Of a stretch of 64,000 bases of DNA, positions 51,085 through 64,000 are shown in pieces. The notes under the pieces were generated by a model. The model did no database searches and was not told where the DNA came from. It saw only the letters and a program-made list of their open reading frames with translations. The position numbers and the translations under genes are program-made. Location of the stretch: assembly GCA_051362555.1 (NCBI GenBank), contig CM120643.1, forward strand, positions 744,001 to 808,000, in the 5' to 3' direction. This DNA comes from Lingula anatina (taxonomy: Eukaryota; Animalia; Brachiopoda). Every line of letters starts with the position of its first letter. Position 1 is the stretch's first letter.

Positions 51085-51840
51085 ATAATCACCAACTATT
51101 TTTAATTATCTACCATACGGTAATGTGCCATATATAACATTTAGAAAGTTTGGTTACAATTCAGCTTCATGCCCATGGGAGTTCTAAGCCCCACATGGGG
51201 AAAATACGTGAAAAATGAAAATTTCATAAAGAACTAAATTGCTTCCAGAAGAGAATTCATTCAGACAAGTGTTCCAACACAAGCTGCATTTCAGTCCTAT
51301 GGACCTTTTCAGTAAGTTTGAGAAGAATAAGTTGCATGGTTTTTCTGTAATGGTCATTATGGCAGCAGTGCCCAAAATAGGGTTATCTTCAGTATTGATG
51401 CAAATTGCTTAATAGCATAATTACCATCATGTTTTAATAATAATATAAAAGTATCATGGATATTCAGAAAATATGTCTAACAAATGTCTTCAAGCCAGTG
51501 GAAGTTCAAAGTCACACCTTGAAAATGCCAACTGAAGCTGTGTTTTAGTCCTATGTTTCTTTTCTGTAAGTTTGAGAATAGTAAGTGACATGGTTTTCCT
51601 TTAATGGTTACTATTGAGGCAGTGTCCACTGGAACTTCAAAGTCACATTTTGAAAATGCCAAAATGTAAACAAGAGAAAATTTCTGAAATGAGTTTATTT
51701 CCATTTTCAGCACTTTTTTACATAATACAAAATAACCCATTTACTTTCATTTTTATATGATAAAGTAACAAAATTGTTGAGATGTGAATAATATAAATAG
51801 AAAACTTTTAAATGTCCAATTAGCTCCATGCAGAGAATCT
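51085..51840 (-). mobile_element. Fragment of the same Helentron family, inverted
   Basis: Reverse complement is colinear with ~25690-26975, with internal deletions. Confidence 0.8.
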
Positions 51841-52162
51841 AAAAATAGGCGCTAATAGCCTGATGCTTCTTCTTCCATCCACTCTTGTCTCCCACTGCAA
51901 AAACATTTCTGGTTTTTCAGCATCAGAATCATTTTTTGAAAAACGACACTAGTTTTTGGCTACCAGAATTTTTTTTTGACAAAAGAAACAAGTTTCTAGT
52001 TGCCAGGTTCAATTTTGAAAAAAAATGACACTAGTGTCTGGTTGACAGTTGGTTAATTTTTGAAAAAACGAAACTGAAAACTAGAAACTAACTTCAGTAT
52101 CCCCTTGGCACATGGCCTGCTTAAAAGGTTTATTTACATGAAAGATAAACAACTTCCCTCTA

Positions 52163-52322
52163 CAGGGGCAGATCCAGAAATATTTTATGACAGTCTTCAA
52201 AAATATCTTTGTCGATCTATCCTCCATTTTTGATTGTCTTTTGACAGAAAATTAAGAGATGCCTTTCAATGTTAACTTGAAAAATTCTGACCGTCTTCCA
52301 GAGGACCCAGAAGACAGCCACC
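52163..52322 (-). mobile_element. Short MITE family B
   Basis: Reverse complement of 56686-56852. Confidence 0.78.
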
Positions 52323-53069
52323 ATTTTGAATGGTAAGAAAAAAGTAGGAAGAAAGGGCACTGGGGGCTGATGAAGTCCAAAAATGACCAAGACTGGAAGC
52401 AAAAGTACCACATCTGCTGAACTCTGTTTTCTCAGAGATGGAAAGGACAAAGAAGGGTCAGCCTATCTTCATTGTTAACACAACCTCAGCTGACAGCAAG
52501 TTGCCCTATTACCTATTACCCTATTATTCTAAACTAAAAAAAATGCATGGCAATATGTCAGAAGTAACTTGGTCATACTGTGATGTAATCCAGAGGTTAA
52601 TGACTGAAGTATTATAGTATTGGTCTGTGCACATCTTGGAGAAGTTTTTGTTTGCTTCATACCTTGTCGTTTGGAAACTGCTCACTTAACACTACGAATA
52701 ATTGAAATTTCTGCTGGATAAACTGATTATAGTCTCTAAAAACCTTAGCATAGCACCAGTAAGAGTAAGACATAAATCACATTCACATTTCCTCTTCCTT
52801 TAGATACTTTGTATCCTTACATCCTTATAGTGAATAACTGAGATGAAAGACCATGGAGTCGTCTCACATTTGGAAGGTTTCAATATTCTTATTGACGGCA
52901 TCAAACTTTTGTCATTTGAGATGCTTTATATTCTTATTAAAACAGGTTCTTAGTTCTTCTTAAAAACATCAAAGCTAAAAACTTGAGTGTTGTATGATCT
53001 CGCGCATTGTTGCAGTATAAAATTTGCTAAGTCATTGATGGAGTTCATCTTGTTTTCCTGCCTGTTTCT

Positions 53070-55270
53070 CTATGCAGGTCCGGTGGAGATGGTGGTGGTC
53101 TGTGATGTCCTCCATGCTTGAAACTGGAAATATGTATCCACTCCAAACACCGCACAGGACGCAAAACAAAATATCTGAAACAGAAAAAAATCAAATAGCC
53201 AAATACAGTTTTTACAATAAGTTATACTGACACTGTACATGTACAAAGGAATTTGCTAAGGAAAACATATGGATAAAAATTCAAGTTACAATCATGTTGT
53301 AGAACTTGGCAAGTTTCTTTACTTGGGTGGAGCCAAGAAAACGGTTTCATGTAACAAAATCATTTTAATATCAATGGATTTAAGAAAACTGAAGCCCCAT
53401 TCTGTCATTTTAACACAACAATTCAATTTATTTCTGTTTTCATTTCTAATTTTGAAGAACTTACGGCTGTTGCTATGATTGAGGCATAACCGTATCTACA
53501 ACCAACTGCAGCTATGATGAAGGCAATCAGGAAGAATACTGCTATCACAATGTAGTAGATGAATTCCTAAAATAAAGAAAAAATACATTACTTTGGCAAA
53601 ATAATTTGAATCTCAATCACTTCTTTTAAACTGCTTTAATAATTCAAGTCTTATCAGTTCAATGATGTTATCAAATGAATGAAATTCATACCTAATCTTC
53701 TTGCTGGGGAAATAATTACTTTACAACTGAAGGGGGAAGTCAGTCTAATTATAATCTTACTCACTGCATCTTAAGAGCAATTTAAGACTGCTTAGTTAAT
53801 CTTTAAGACCACACCAGATCAGTTGTGATCTGTAATTGCACTTTAAGACCAAATCTGGGGCCTTAGTGATCCACCCTTCCCTTTCTGTTTCCTTACAATT
53901 AACATCCATGGTCCTGGCAATCTGCTGATGAGGCCGACGACATGGAAGATGAGCAGGATGAGAGTGGTGATGAAGGCGGAGATGGCGATGAACCACACCC
54001 AACCAGACCCGCCGTATCCAGGGGCTATGATCACACAGATGAACACAACCAGGCACAGGATCTGAAAATATGAAATAATGAGTTAAATAAAGAAATCAAA
54101 ATTCTGTGTCTCTGTTTGAATTAAGTATGTATGTGAAATTATGATTATGCATATTTTATTCAATTTGGAAATTATCATTGGTTGCATTCACTACCAAGTC
54201 TATCCAGACGCTAACAGAGACGTAGATCAAATATAGCCGACCCACTTGAAAACTTACTGTGTAATCCCTATGGAGAATCTATTTAGTGTGTATTAGGAGA
54301 AAATGCAGCAAGATTTCAAGTGAGCTGGCCACATTTGATCCACTGATCTGTTAATTACGTCAACTTGTGATGAATGTTCCCATTATTTGATCTGCACCTA
54401 AATCTACACTGGTACGGAGTATTTAGGGGCTTTGATCATCCAGTTGAACACAAGTACACTAAGAACTTGTGGATAAATAACAATTATATTACTAACTTCA
54501 ATGGCATCAATTTTCAAATATTTAACTAGATGACTAAGTCAAGACAGAGGATTTCTTATAAAAGTTAAATCAATAAGTGGCATCAATTCCCAGTCACATT
54601 GCTGTAGTTGTGAATTTTGTCACAATCCAGCACAACCAAATCCCCAGTTACATGACGACTGTATATCTGCCACAACTACAACTGTAAGCCTAACTGGCAT
54701 AGCTCATTCACTTTTGAGACTTTCCTCAGCTTTTCTTTTTCCAACTGAATTTCAGTTAAGTTTTTACAGGCAATTAAGATCAAATGTTTCCATCAAGGTA
54801 TATCATAATTCAGTTATATTATACTGAAAAATCATAAAACCCATTCAGGCCTTACAATTGGATTAGGCATTTACTAACACTACCCGCAGATCTTTTAGCA
54901 CTAATGCCCATATTAACCACCAAACCCACAAATTAACCAGCACACCATACAGTTATTTAGCACTAACAAAATGTTACATAGCACTAACATCCATCCGCTC
55001 TGGTAGTGCTGGTTTATTTGTGGGTTATGTGGTTAATATGGGTGTTGGTGCTAAAATATCTGCGGATCGTATTATTAAACGCCTAACCTAACAGAAAAGT
55101 ATGCCTTCTGAGTCATAGCAATTTTGAATAGTTTTATTAGCTTGAAGAATCCCAGTTATATCAGATTTACTCACAATTTCTACAATCTTAAGAATGCCTG
55201 GCACACTCCTGATGTAGCCCGGGTCCTCTGACGGCATGATGGTAGTCGTGGTGGTCTGCGTGGTGCTCAT
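53070..55270 (-). CDS. Second MARVEL-domain tetraspan protein (plasmolipin/CMTM-like), 155 aa; exons 55175-55270, 53897-54061, 53465-53566 and 53070-53174
   Basis: MSTTQTTTTT..YIRSVPGILKIVEI | ILCLVVFIC..GWVWFIA..PGPWMLI | EFIYYIVIAVFFLIAF.. | IFCF...FGVDTYFQFQAWR..; GT-AG phase-0 introns; an acceptor at ~55316 implies an upstream UTR exon. Confidence 0.92.
54179..54382 (+). mobile_element. Harbinger-like MITE family C, diverged
   Basis: agatcaaata..gccgacccacttgaaa.ctt.ctg is shared with 60733-60937. Confidence 0.65.
54866..55083. mobile_element. Palindromic MITE (Tourist-like)
   Basis: Long imperfect inverted arms ggcattta..ccgcagat.ttttagcac / gtgctaaaatatctgcgg..taaacgcc; TWA flanks. 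Confidence 0.75.
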
Positions 55271-55321
55271 GATGGCGGCAGTCTACTGAGATCTTACCCT
55301 GAGTGAGGACAGCAGCTGGAA

Positions 55322-55368
<47 letters not shown>

Positions 55369-55933
55369 AATAACAAATAAACAAATAAATAAATAAATAA
55401 ATAAATATTTGTAAGACAAAACTGAAATAAACATATGATACACATACACAAAAACACCTTAACACACCCAACTCCTAACAGTTTTAACACTCTATGGATA
55501 AAAAGACAAATTTATCTTACAGCAAATAATTCCACCCACGTCTGCAGCTTTAATGAATGGCTAGCAGAAACGCCTGCTAAATGATACACCTGACGTACCT
55601 ATCCATCATTTATCTCCAACGCATTTCTCACTTCATCCACTATTTATCTGAAACTAGTGCTTTTGAATGGTACGTCCATTCAGAAAAAATCACATTCTGG
55701 GCTTATCACCTCATATACAGGTTTATTTCATATTTGAAAAAAAGAAGAAAAAGGCCACAGACATATACACCATATGTAACATTAGGAAAAATGATACATG
55801 TCCACAGTTATGTGAATGATACCTATTATGATCTGTTTTTACTTTACTTAACTCAGAGAATATGTTGTCCATATATTGAGTTTTTCTCTTCATAAATATA
55901 AATATTTACTGAATGTTTTTTTTCCTGAAGTCT

Positions 55934-56132
55934 CTGACCCTGCTATAAGAGGGCACACCTCCATATACTCCTAGTATGTCAGTTATTTTTATAAATTAAC
56001 ACCTGACCCTACTATAAGAGGGTACACCTCCATCTGCCCTTAGTATGTCTGTTATTTTTATAAATTAACACCTGACCCTGCTTTAAGAGGGTACACCTCC
56101 ATCTGCAGCTAGTATGTCTGTTATTTTCATAA
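55934..56132 (+). repeat. 69-bp tandem repeat, three copies
   Basis: ctgaccct.ct.taagaggg.acacctccat at 55934, 56003 and 56072. Confidence 0.9.
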
Positions 56133-56412
56133 TACCAGTTTAGGTCATCAAGGGTCAACATGTTGTATTACCTCTGGCCAGAAAGAGATAGTTTTAATAC
56201 AGAAATGAGTTTTTACTTAACACTATGCACTGTTATGTACTGAATGAATCAGAATATTTCCTGTTTCCTGCCTTCAGAAAGTTCTTCTGTGTATTCATGT
56301 GAAATTTGTTTTAAAACTACCAGTAGATGGGGTTGGAAAGGGGGGGGGGGGGGAGTAACAAATTGGTATTATATTCAATCTTGCTTAAAATGGGTTAATT
56401 ACCTTTGACTAA

Positions 56413-56628
56413 GGCTGTATTCCCAGAGCTTTTAGATCGATCTATCCCTGCGAGGAGTCTCACTAGATTACTGTTAGATAATCCGGCTTAAATGTCCATC
56501 CCGCCTACTACAAGCTGTAAGGGGGTAATTAACTTTGGTGTCCGCTCTGCTGACAGCTATTTAGCGTGAACCCCCCAGGGAGTTAGGTTGATCTAAAGTA
56601 GATCGATCTAATCTCTGGAAATGGGGTC
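56413..56628 (+). mobile_element. MITE family A copy
   Basis: Near-identical to 13804-14018; TAA duplication. Confidence 0.9.
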
Positions 56629-56685
56629 TAAGCTTGTGCTGGCAGTGTGCAGTTATGTATGGATGTATACAAACCTGCATTATCC

Positions 56686-56852
56686 AGGGGCGGATTTAGG
56701 CCGTCTTCTGGGTCTTCCGGAAGACGGTCAGATTTTCAAGTTTACATTGACGGGTATCTAATTTTTTCTGTTGGAAGACGGTCAAAATTGGAGGATGAAT
56801 CAACAAAGATAATTTGGAAGACTGTCAGTAAACATCTCTGAATCCGCCCCTG
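56686..56852 (+). mobile_element. Short MITE family B, complete copy
   Basis: TIR caggggcggatt/aatccgcccctg. Confidence 0.85.
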
Positions 56853-57226
56853 TTATCATTTCTGTACACATTTCTAGGTATAAAAAATTATACCTGTGAC
56901 ACCCAAATATACATTGTGCATTAATATAATGACACAGAAATCTATGAAGGAAAAACAAATTACCAAGGACTATAGTGACAGCTCCCACCCACTGCCGTAG
57001 AGGAAATCATGACTCAATGGTTTTGTAATGAGAATATCCTGTGTATGTGTCATGATATTCATAAGACTGTTCAGCCAGGTAAATCAGGTAAACCAGGTTA
57101 AGGAGGAGCTGGCTATACTGGAGGGAACAGGTAGTTGTGACATAACCTGTCTAATCCACTCTCACCTTTCTCTTCTCTGATAATATTAAGTATCTAGAGA
57201 ACAGGTGTGAAAACATGAGAGGGAGA

Positions 57227-57260
57227 GGGAGAGAGAGAGAGAGAGAGAAGAAGAAGTGAA

Positions 57261-57315
<55 letters not shown>
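57227..57315. repeat. (GA)n and (TA)n microsatellites
   Basis: Seen directly. Confidence 0.95.
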
Positions 57316-57318
<3 letters not shown>

Positions 57319-58270
57319 ATAATTTGAAGAGAGATTAATAACAAAATTGTGGAATGCATTGGGAGCATTCACATCGAGAAGAGCCGAGGTCTAATAAGGC
57401 CGCGACCTAAATATGGCGGACCTACATGAAAGGGAAACCACTTAGTCCTGTAATCGTGTTTCTGCCTCTCACACGGCTCCCCACCCATCGTCCCTCGACC
57501 AGTTGAATTGAGCCAAGATTTATTTAGTGTGCCCCTGTCAATTAACACTAAATTACTGTAAAATTACTGTAATGTCTGAATCTGAACTTTGGCAATGACC
57601 AACAGGCCTGAGTTTTTAATGATAATGAATACCCCCCAGCAACTTCTATGTGCACAGTTGTATACTAAATTGTTTTATGATGTTAGCTGGTCTCAGTATA
57701 AAAAATAAAAAATAAAATAAATAAATAAAAAAAAAAAAATAAATAAAACTGATATTTCTTAAAAGTATCTCTGGGAAAACAGTGTTAACTTATCCTTATA
57801 TCTGTTTACAAATTTCATACAACATCCATACATTCTTCGTTCATCAATTTTCATAGCTCCCTCTCTCAAAAAATGCCTACAATGTTTAGTTGATAGAGAA
57901 TTATACATAACTTGCTTAAGGGAAATTAAGTTGGGAACATGAGCCAAAATAAAACATTCCATGCATGGGTTTTATACTGTTATAAATACTTAGTTCATGA
58001 TTTCTGGCAAAAGCAAAACTGGCCTATAATGCCTTTGAAATACATAATAAATAATTCACAAACTGGTGTACACCATGATTCTCTCATAATTAAGTTTCAT
58101 AATTTGCAGAACAGAAAAAAAAAAGATGCAGCATTTTTTTCAATTATTTTTCCAAAACCAATCATCCAATCTTTACTTTCATGACAAATTTATATCAGGT
58201 ATGCCTTCATTGGAATAAATGAGGAAATTGGCAAAATTCCAGGATAATGTGCTTCTTCACCACACACATG

Positions 58271-58302
<32 letters not shown>

Positions 58303-58617
58303 CACATACTCGTGTCCACAGGTAAATCCCAAAGACCCCCTTTAGAGAACCAATTAAAACACTCTGAAGTCTGACATACAAACTCAACTGGAAATTCCTC
58401 AGAAAATTGACATAAACAAGGTATACAAATAGCTTGGCCTCTACAGTAATAATTTAGTGCATGCTGGGAAGCAGAGCTGGGTCAATTCTTCCAGTGCAAT
58501 AATAAACAACATGGGGCCAAACTACATGTACCTCCGCACCAGATAGCAGACGACACACAGGTGCTGGCAAACCCCTCTCTGGCTACTTAAACCATGTAGA
58601 GAAACTTATTTACCTAG

Positions 58618-58864
58618 GACCCTGTTCCCATACCTTGATGGATCTAGCAGGATCGACCCATCTCTGAGGGGATTCTCCCCAAATTACATTACATTCGGCA
58701 TGCCTACTGAAGATGCTAAACAGAAGTTAATTACCCTCTTACGGCTTCAGTAGGTGTGCCAGACATCAGAGCTATTTAAGCTGAATGCAATTTAGCAAGA
58801 TCGAAACCCCTAGCTCAGAGATGGGTTGATTATGCAAGATTGATAAAGGTATGGGAAGGGGGTC
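58618..58864 (-). mobile_element. MITE related to family A
   Basis: TIR gaccc..ttcccatacctt/aaggtatgggaagggggtc; core agttaattaccc.cttac.gctt..agtag is shared with 22880-22910. Confidence 0.75.
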
Positions 58865-59042
58865 TAAGAGTTATAATCACAAATTCATTCATCTGTCACA
58901 GCTCATATAATATGAGATGCATGTGTGGGGGAGGAGGGGGTGGAAGAAAATGAAGCAATGAATGAATAACTGGTGTTAATTTCATTGTATGATTTAGACC
59001 TTACAACTGATTCAGGATGATCAGGGATTAGACTGCCATTTA

Positions 59043-59595
59043 TACCCCGTTCACACTACGCTCAGTTATCTGGAAAAATTGCGAATTAGGTCACAATTCG
59101 AATAAATGCAGTAGTGTGAACGCAAGAGGTATTTTGTAATGCGCATTTTCAAAATCCTGCAAGCGAGGTGGATTTCTAAGAGCGATCCAGATAACTTACC
59201 GGAATTGACACCTGTACAGATCTAACTGCGCATGTGTGCAGATAAGTGCGGGTATCTATGAACGCTTGTTTATTACTTTACCGATTGCACCAAACGTATT
59301 TGGAGGTCACCACTCACTACAACATGAGGAAACAAACTTATTTTGCCATCTTATACTTCTCAAGAATGCTGGAATGTCTTTAGAGTTGCATTTGTCGTCA
59401 CAAATTTTTGTTGGTATTTTAAGATTTCCTGTGCGGCGCATGTGCGAGTGTTCAAAACAGGAAGTTAAACCTGAAATTTTCAACGTGTAATTCGGTTTCG
59501 CTTAGCGTGTGTAAACGCAATACCGAATCGAATTCCTCACGAAAAATTCGGATTATAGAAATGTGCATTTTTGCAACTGTAGTGTGAATGGGGTA
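59043..59595. mobile_element. PIF/Harbinger non-autonomous element
   Basis: 17-bp TIR tacccc(g/a)ttcacactac and a perfect TTA duplication. Confidence 0.9.
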
Positions 59596-60732
59596 TTAGT
59601 CAAGAAGTCTGAAAATATGGTGTGGCGTTTGGGGGGAGGTCTGCATCAATCTAAAAATGAGATTTTTGGTTCCCAAAAAGTCTGGAATCTGACTTTTGTC
59701 AGAGAAATCTCATTACTGTTTTATTTTCCATTCTTAACTATCCCAGTGTAAACACACCTGTAAGATAATATAATATGCCTTTACTATAGCAATCACACAC
59801 ATAGGTACTAGTATACTTCAACTGGAGGTGTGGGGACATGGAACATTCCTCTGACATTTTACTTTTTATTTTTCATCTTCCTTGCATAGAATGCAGTTCA
59901 TGGGACCTTATTTGACCAAAGTGAGTGAACAATTTTTGCACCCCCCCCCCCGCCTTCCTGTCTTTCTCTTCATGCGAAATGGTTCAATTTCTCCTATCTC
60001 ATTTCTTACTACAAGTGCTCCCATTAAAACCCCATTGATATTACTTATAAGCAAGGCCTATCTCTACAGTACAGATATAATTACACATGCAAGCCATAAA
60101 ATATAATATAACAGCCATTTATGTGCCATTTGCCAACATTTGTACAGTGTACAGAATATATGAGAGTTATCAGACTATTTATATCAAATATCTAACCACA
60201 CTTTTATTCATGAAAAAATACATGACTCAAGTTTTCCGAAAAGAAAATAAAGAACTGACAAAAATGAAAGAAGATAGAAAGATTGCATTAATAGACATTT
60301 CCAAGAGTCAAAAGTTTACGAGAAATCTTATGAACATCCTGAACATCATGACTCTTAACAAATACACGAAACCAAACAAAAAATACATGTACTACATACA
60401 ACACTAAAACTGCCAAGCTAACTCAGCTGTGATTGTACCTGTCCCAAGCTTAAAATTAAATGGAATTTTTTTTTTGAAAATTAATTACCCTGAATTCCCC
60501 ATTTATGCTTTACAAGGTTGTAAGAAACATGAGAACCTTTCTAGCGTCTGAAGTCCCCGGCATCCTCAGGGTGCTCCAGCATGATTTGAGTGACAGTAAT
60601 GTGTAAATGAACTGACAATCAAAGAAGATTAAAGGCAGCAGACTTTTTACCTCATAAAAACAGCTGTTTAAGTCTGCCATATTGGTGGCTGTGTCTAGTG
60701 TTATGTGTTATTTAAATTCACCAGTACTCTAA

Positions 60733-60937
60733 GGCCGCATTCACAATAAAAATTGATATGCGGACCAACAGATCCGCAGATCAAATACGGCCGACCCACT
60801 TGAAAGCTTGCTGCATAATCCCTGCAGGGAATCTATTCAGTGTCTATTAGGGATTAAGTGGGCCAGCTTGCAGTGGGTTGACCATATCTGATTGCAGATC
60901 TTTTAGTCCCCAGATCAACTGGGTGTCAATGGCAGCC
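60733..60937 (+). mobile_element. Harbinger-like MITE family C
   Basis: ggc.gcatt.aca / tgtcaatggcagcc termini, TAA duplication, palindromic interior. Confidence 0.8.
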
Positions 60938-63900
60938 TAACAGCAATTGTATCCATGACCAGAGGTAATGGGATATAGTAGCCTTACTCTCTCATTCAAA
61001 ACCAGTTTCAGTTACCTCAAGATAAGCTTACTGCATTTAAATATATTTCTGCAATGCATTAGGTTTTTTTTTTTCAATTTTTTTTTCAACCAAAGGCTCA
61101 AATATTACCATCATAATCACAGTTATGAAGTTATATATCATAGTGGTGGTGGGGGGTATAGTATTTCTTCCTCTTAAACACACAAACAAACATATACACA
61201 AACTGCTTAGTAGGTAACAGAAACTAAGAATTTTTTCTCACAGTAAATATAACTACACTAAACAACAATGAGCAACTTGAATGTGCAAAGTAACTCTTAG
61301 TAAAACTTAGCAGAAGCTATGTATATTTTCTGTAATATGAACTTTGGCAGATAATATAACCATTTGGCAGATAATAGCTATAATAGAATTAGAGAATGAA
61401 CACTACTTCATTTAGAAATAAATCAATTAGATTTGAAAAAAATAAAATTTAGTAAGTTACAAAAAAAAACAAACAAACTTGAAACATAATGTACTGTACT
61501 AATTGATAAAGACTTGAATCTGATGGCTTCTAACTTGTTTTGTAGTTAGATGTAGTTCATATTTCTGACCCTCTTCCATCTTACTTGTTGCCAAACTTTA
61601 CAAATACATGTACAGCACACACTTGTAAACAATTAACAGGAGCAGTCAGGTATGAGATTCTCTCAGGAAATACATGCATACTCTTGCATATATATATATA
61701 TATATATATATAGCTAGATCAACTCTAAACTTTCCTGCTGGTGAAGCAAAGCATTTCCCAGCCACCTTACAGAAAGGGATGAATAAATCAAGTACAAACA
61801 CAAAGTTTTCAGAAGCTTCATTGCAAACAAACTATTGGTATTACATCTTACAAATAAACAGACAGTTACTGATAATTATTTTACACCATTGCTGTTTATG
61901 TGTAAACTTAGTAAACTAAATTCTGTATGTCTAGAAATAAAAACATATAATAATCACATTCTTCACACCTCTTAAACACTGAGAAAAAACAAAAAACATG
62001 GGAGCATATCAAAACAAATTGTCACTCACCTAACTGGTTTTACTTCAGTACAATCTGTGTCTTGCTATTTGCATACAGTTTCATGTGCCGCCCAAGGTTT
62101 AGATAGAAAGTTGACCTCTCGACCTGATGGCAAACTAACCCAGCAATAGGCAGCAGACGGAATGAGCTGCCATGACATACCACATGTGAAGAATCCTGCG
62201 TCATATGTCATGACTGGTAACCTTCTGTTTAAACCTGAAAAATAGGATGTAAACCAGGTGAATAAATTGAAAAGATGTACGGATTTCACTTTAAATTGCA
62301 CAAAAAATTTAAAACCAGACATGTCAGATAAAAATCATATTGCCATTCATATAATCATTTGAATTAAAAAATTATGTAAAGATACCAGCTAATTAGCAAC
62401 AATCATATCTAAGAAATCTTTTTCAAGAAGATTGACTGAGAAATACATTTACTTCAACCTGAAAAAAGTCTCTCAGTATTTCATGAAAGCCTTATACATA
62501 CTCATTCCTTTCTGATTTCACATAACCATTACCTGCATGCCTGTGAAATGCAGTCTAATTAAACAGATGGAATAGAAGTTAATGTACTGCTCTCAATTCC
62601 AAGATGCCCTTTAAGCTTTTATGGGAAAAAGATTCCAATCTTTATTCACGTTTTTCTACAGCATGAGACTGACAGTAGGTATTTGTCTGGGAAATAGCTT
62701 CACATCGCACTGGAGCCTTAATATGAACCAAGTCAGAGAGAGAGAGAGAGAGAGAGAGGGTTGTTGAACTTCTTTTCCGGGAAATATGAATTCTTCCGGC
62801 ATCAGTGTGGGGCACACTTAAATATGAAGGAAGTTGACTGTCCCTTCTTATCTAGGAGAGTTAGCAGATTTTCTATTTAACCAAAGAAATTGTACTGATG
62901 TCTTATTGAAATATTCCATAAAAATTTCGCAATCTTTATTCTAATGTGAAATATAATAAAAAAAGATATCAATGATAAATCAGCACTACATGTAAATCCC
63001 AAATAAACTACCAGCAAAGGATCTGCTACATGTACATGTATATACTGGTTAAATAATCTCCATCCAAAATTACTTTCAATCAGAGAAACAGCTATACAAA
63101 TAACACCAAAGAATTGTTTTGTCCAAGCTGTCACCATCTGATAATAACACACCTGTCACTCTCTGACGCTACTAACATGGCTGTGACAAATATTCTGGTG
63201 ACAGCTTACATCTCCAAAAGACAACAACTGGTGACAATATTCGTGAAATCTTTAGTCTCTTGTTTTTTTCCTTGACTGAGCTCCTGTCATGCTATGTTGT
63301 CAACTTCTCAATGTCATTACTGTCACATGTAAGATGACAAATATAACAGGTGCCCTGAGAGCTTCACCTCACACATTCAGGTTGGGTGAGGCTCTATAAA
63401 TAATGGCTATTAATCACATTTTTACTTTGTTCTAACAGGGCACAGTTATCTCACAAAAAGTAATAGATCCTGCATTCTACAGTAAGACAAGAATAAGGAC
63501 AAATGAGGAACAACAGTGGAGTCAGATGAGCTAGGAGATGTCCTCGAGGTCCGTATATATACTGTTCCCATAACTGATATAAATAAAATTTAATAAATAA
63601 AGATAAAGGTATGTTGCCAACTTTTGCTGGTTACTTATGTATGGCCATAAATCACAGCGCCTGTGGTGCAAGAGTAATGATTGCAATTAAATTGAGGGCA
63701 TACAGCATGTCATTTCAACCTATCAAATTTCACCTCATCAGGGAAGGTTACGTACTGTTTGAACATCTCGTACCCAGGGTGTTTTCACTCATAGTAACCA
63801 CGAGTTTGAATGATAAAGACCCTTTAACATTATACTGACATTAAACCATTACATACTTTTTGTGAGCACACAGAAAATTAGATGACTTTATTCAATATTA

Positions 63901-64000
63901 CAATTACACCTGACTTCCTCATGCTCATATCTCATCATGGAAAAAAAGAGTCATATGACCTCACATTCCTATTTCAACCTTAAAAACATGAACCTTGGCT

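Noticed and set aside
52360-52400. Hammerhead-like CTGATGA core (similar near 47020 and 49428)
   Set aside because: No properly placed stem II plus GAAA, and no closing stems
55188-58387. ORFs rich in IYLF, YI or CV repeats
   Set aside because: Translations of microsatellites

Overview
AT-rich, intron-containing animal genomic DNA; the gene and repeat content is most consistent with a lophotrochozoan-type invertebrate (inference). There are no prokaryotic features. Host genes are a disrupted intronless FMRFamide-receptor-like GPCR (-, 2356-3416), a nine-finger C2H2 zinc-finger gene (+, 19670-21085) and two convergent four-exon MARVEL-domain (plasmolipin/CMTM-like) paralogs (+ 24324-33711 and - 53070-55270) with identical intron positions. 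The rest is dense in transposable elements: a 5'-truncated CR1/L2-type LINE; an ISL2EU-type (PIF/Harbinger) element with a broken THAP-DDE transposase and a convergent three-exon SAP-SWIM-YqaJ exonuclease gene; a non-autonomous THAP element; a Helentron/HINE with internal tandem arrays and a nested Harbinger; several MITE families; and a probable LTR-retrotransposon 3' end carrying a C2H2 ORF. The most unusual structures are a ladder of same-start, progressively longer inverted copies at 9610-10082 and a probable ~15 kb inversion (about 36160-51085) that splits one Helentron copy. I cannot claim a wholly new biological system; the candidates below are mostly unusual variants of known element families. 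All alignments were done by eye.
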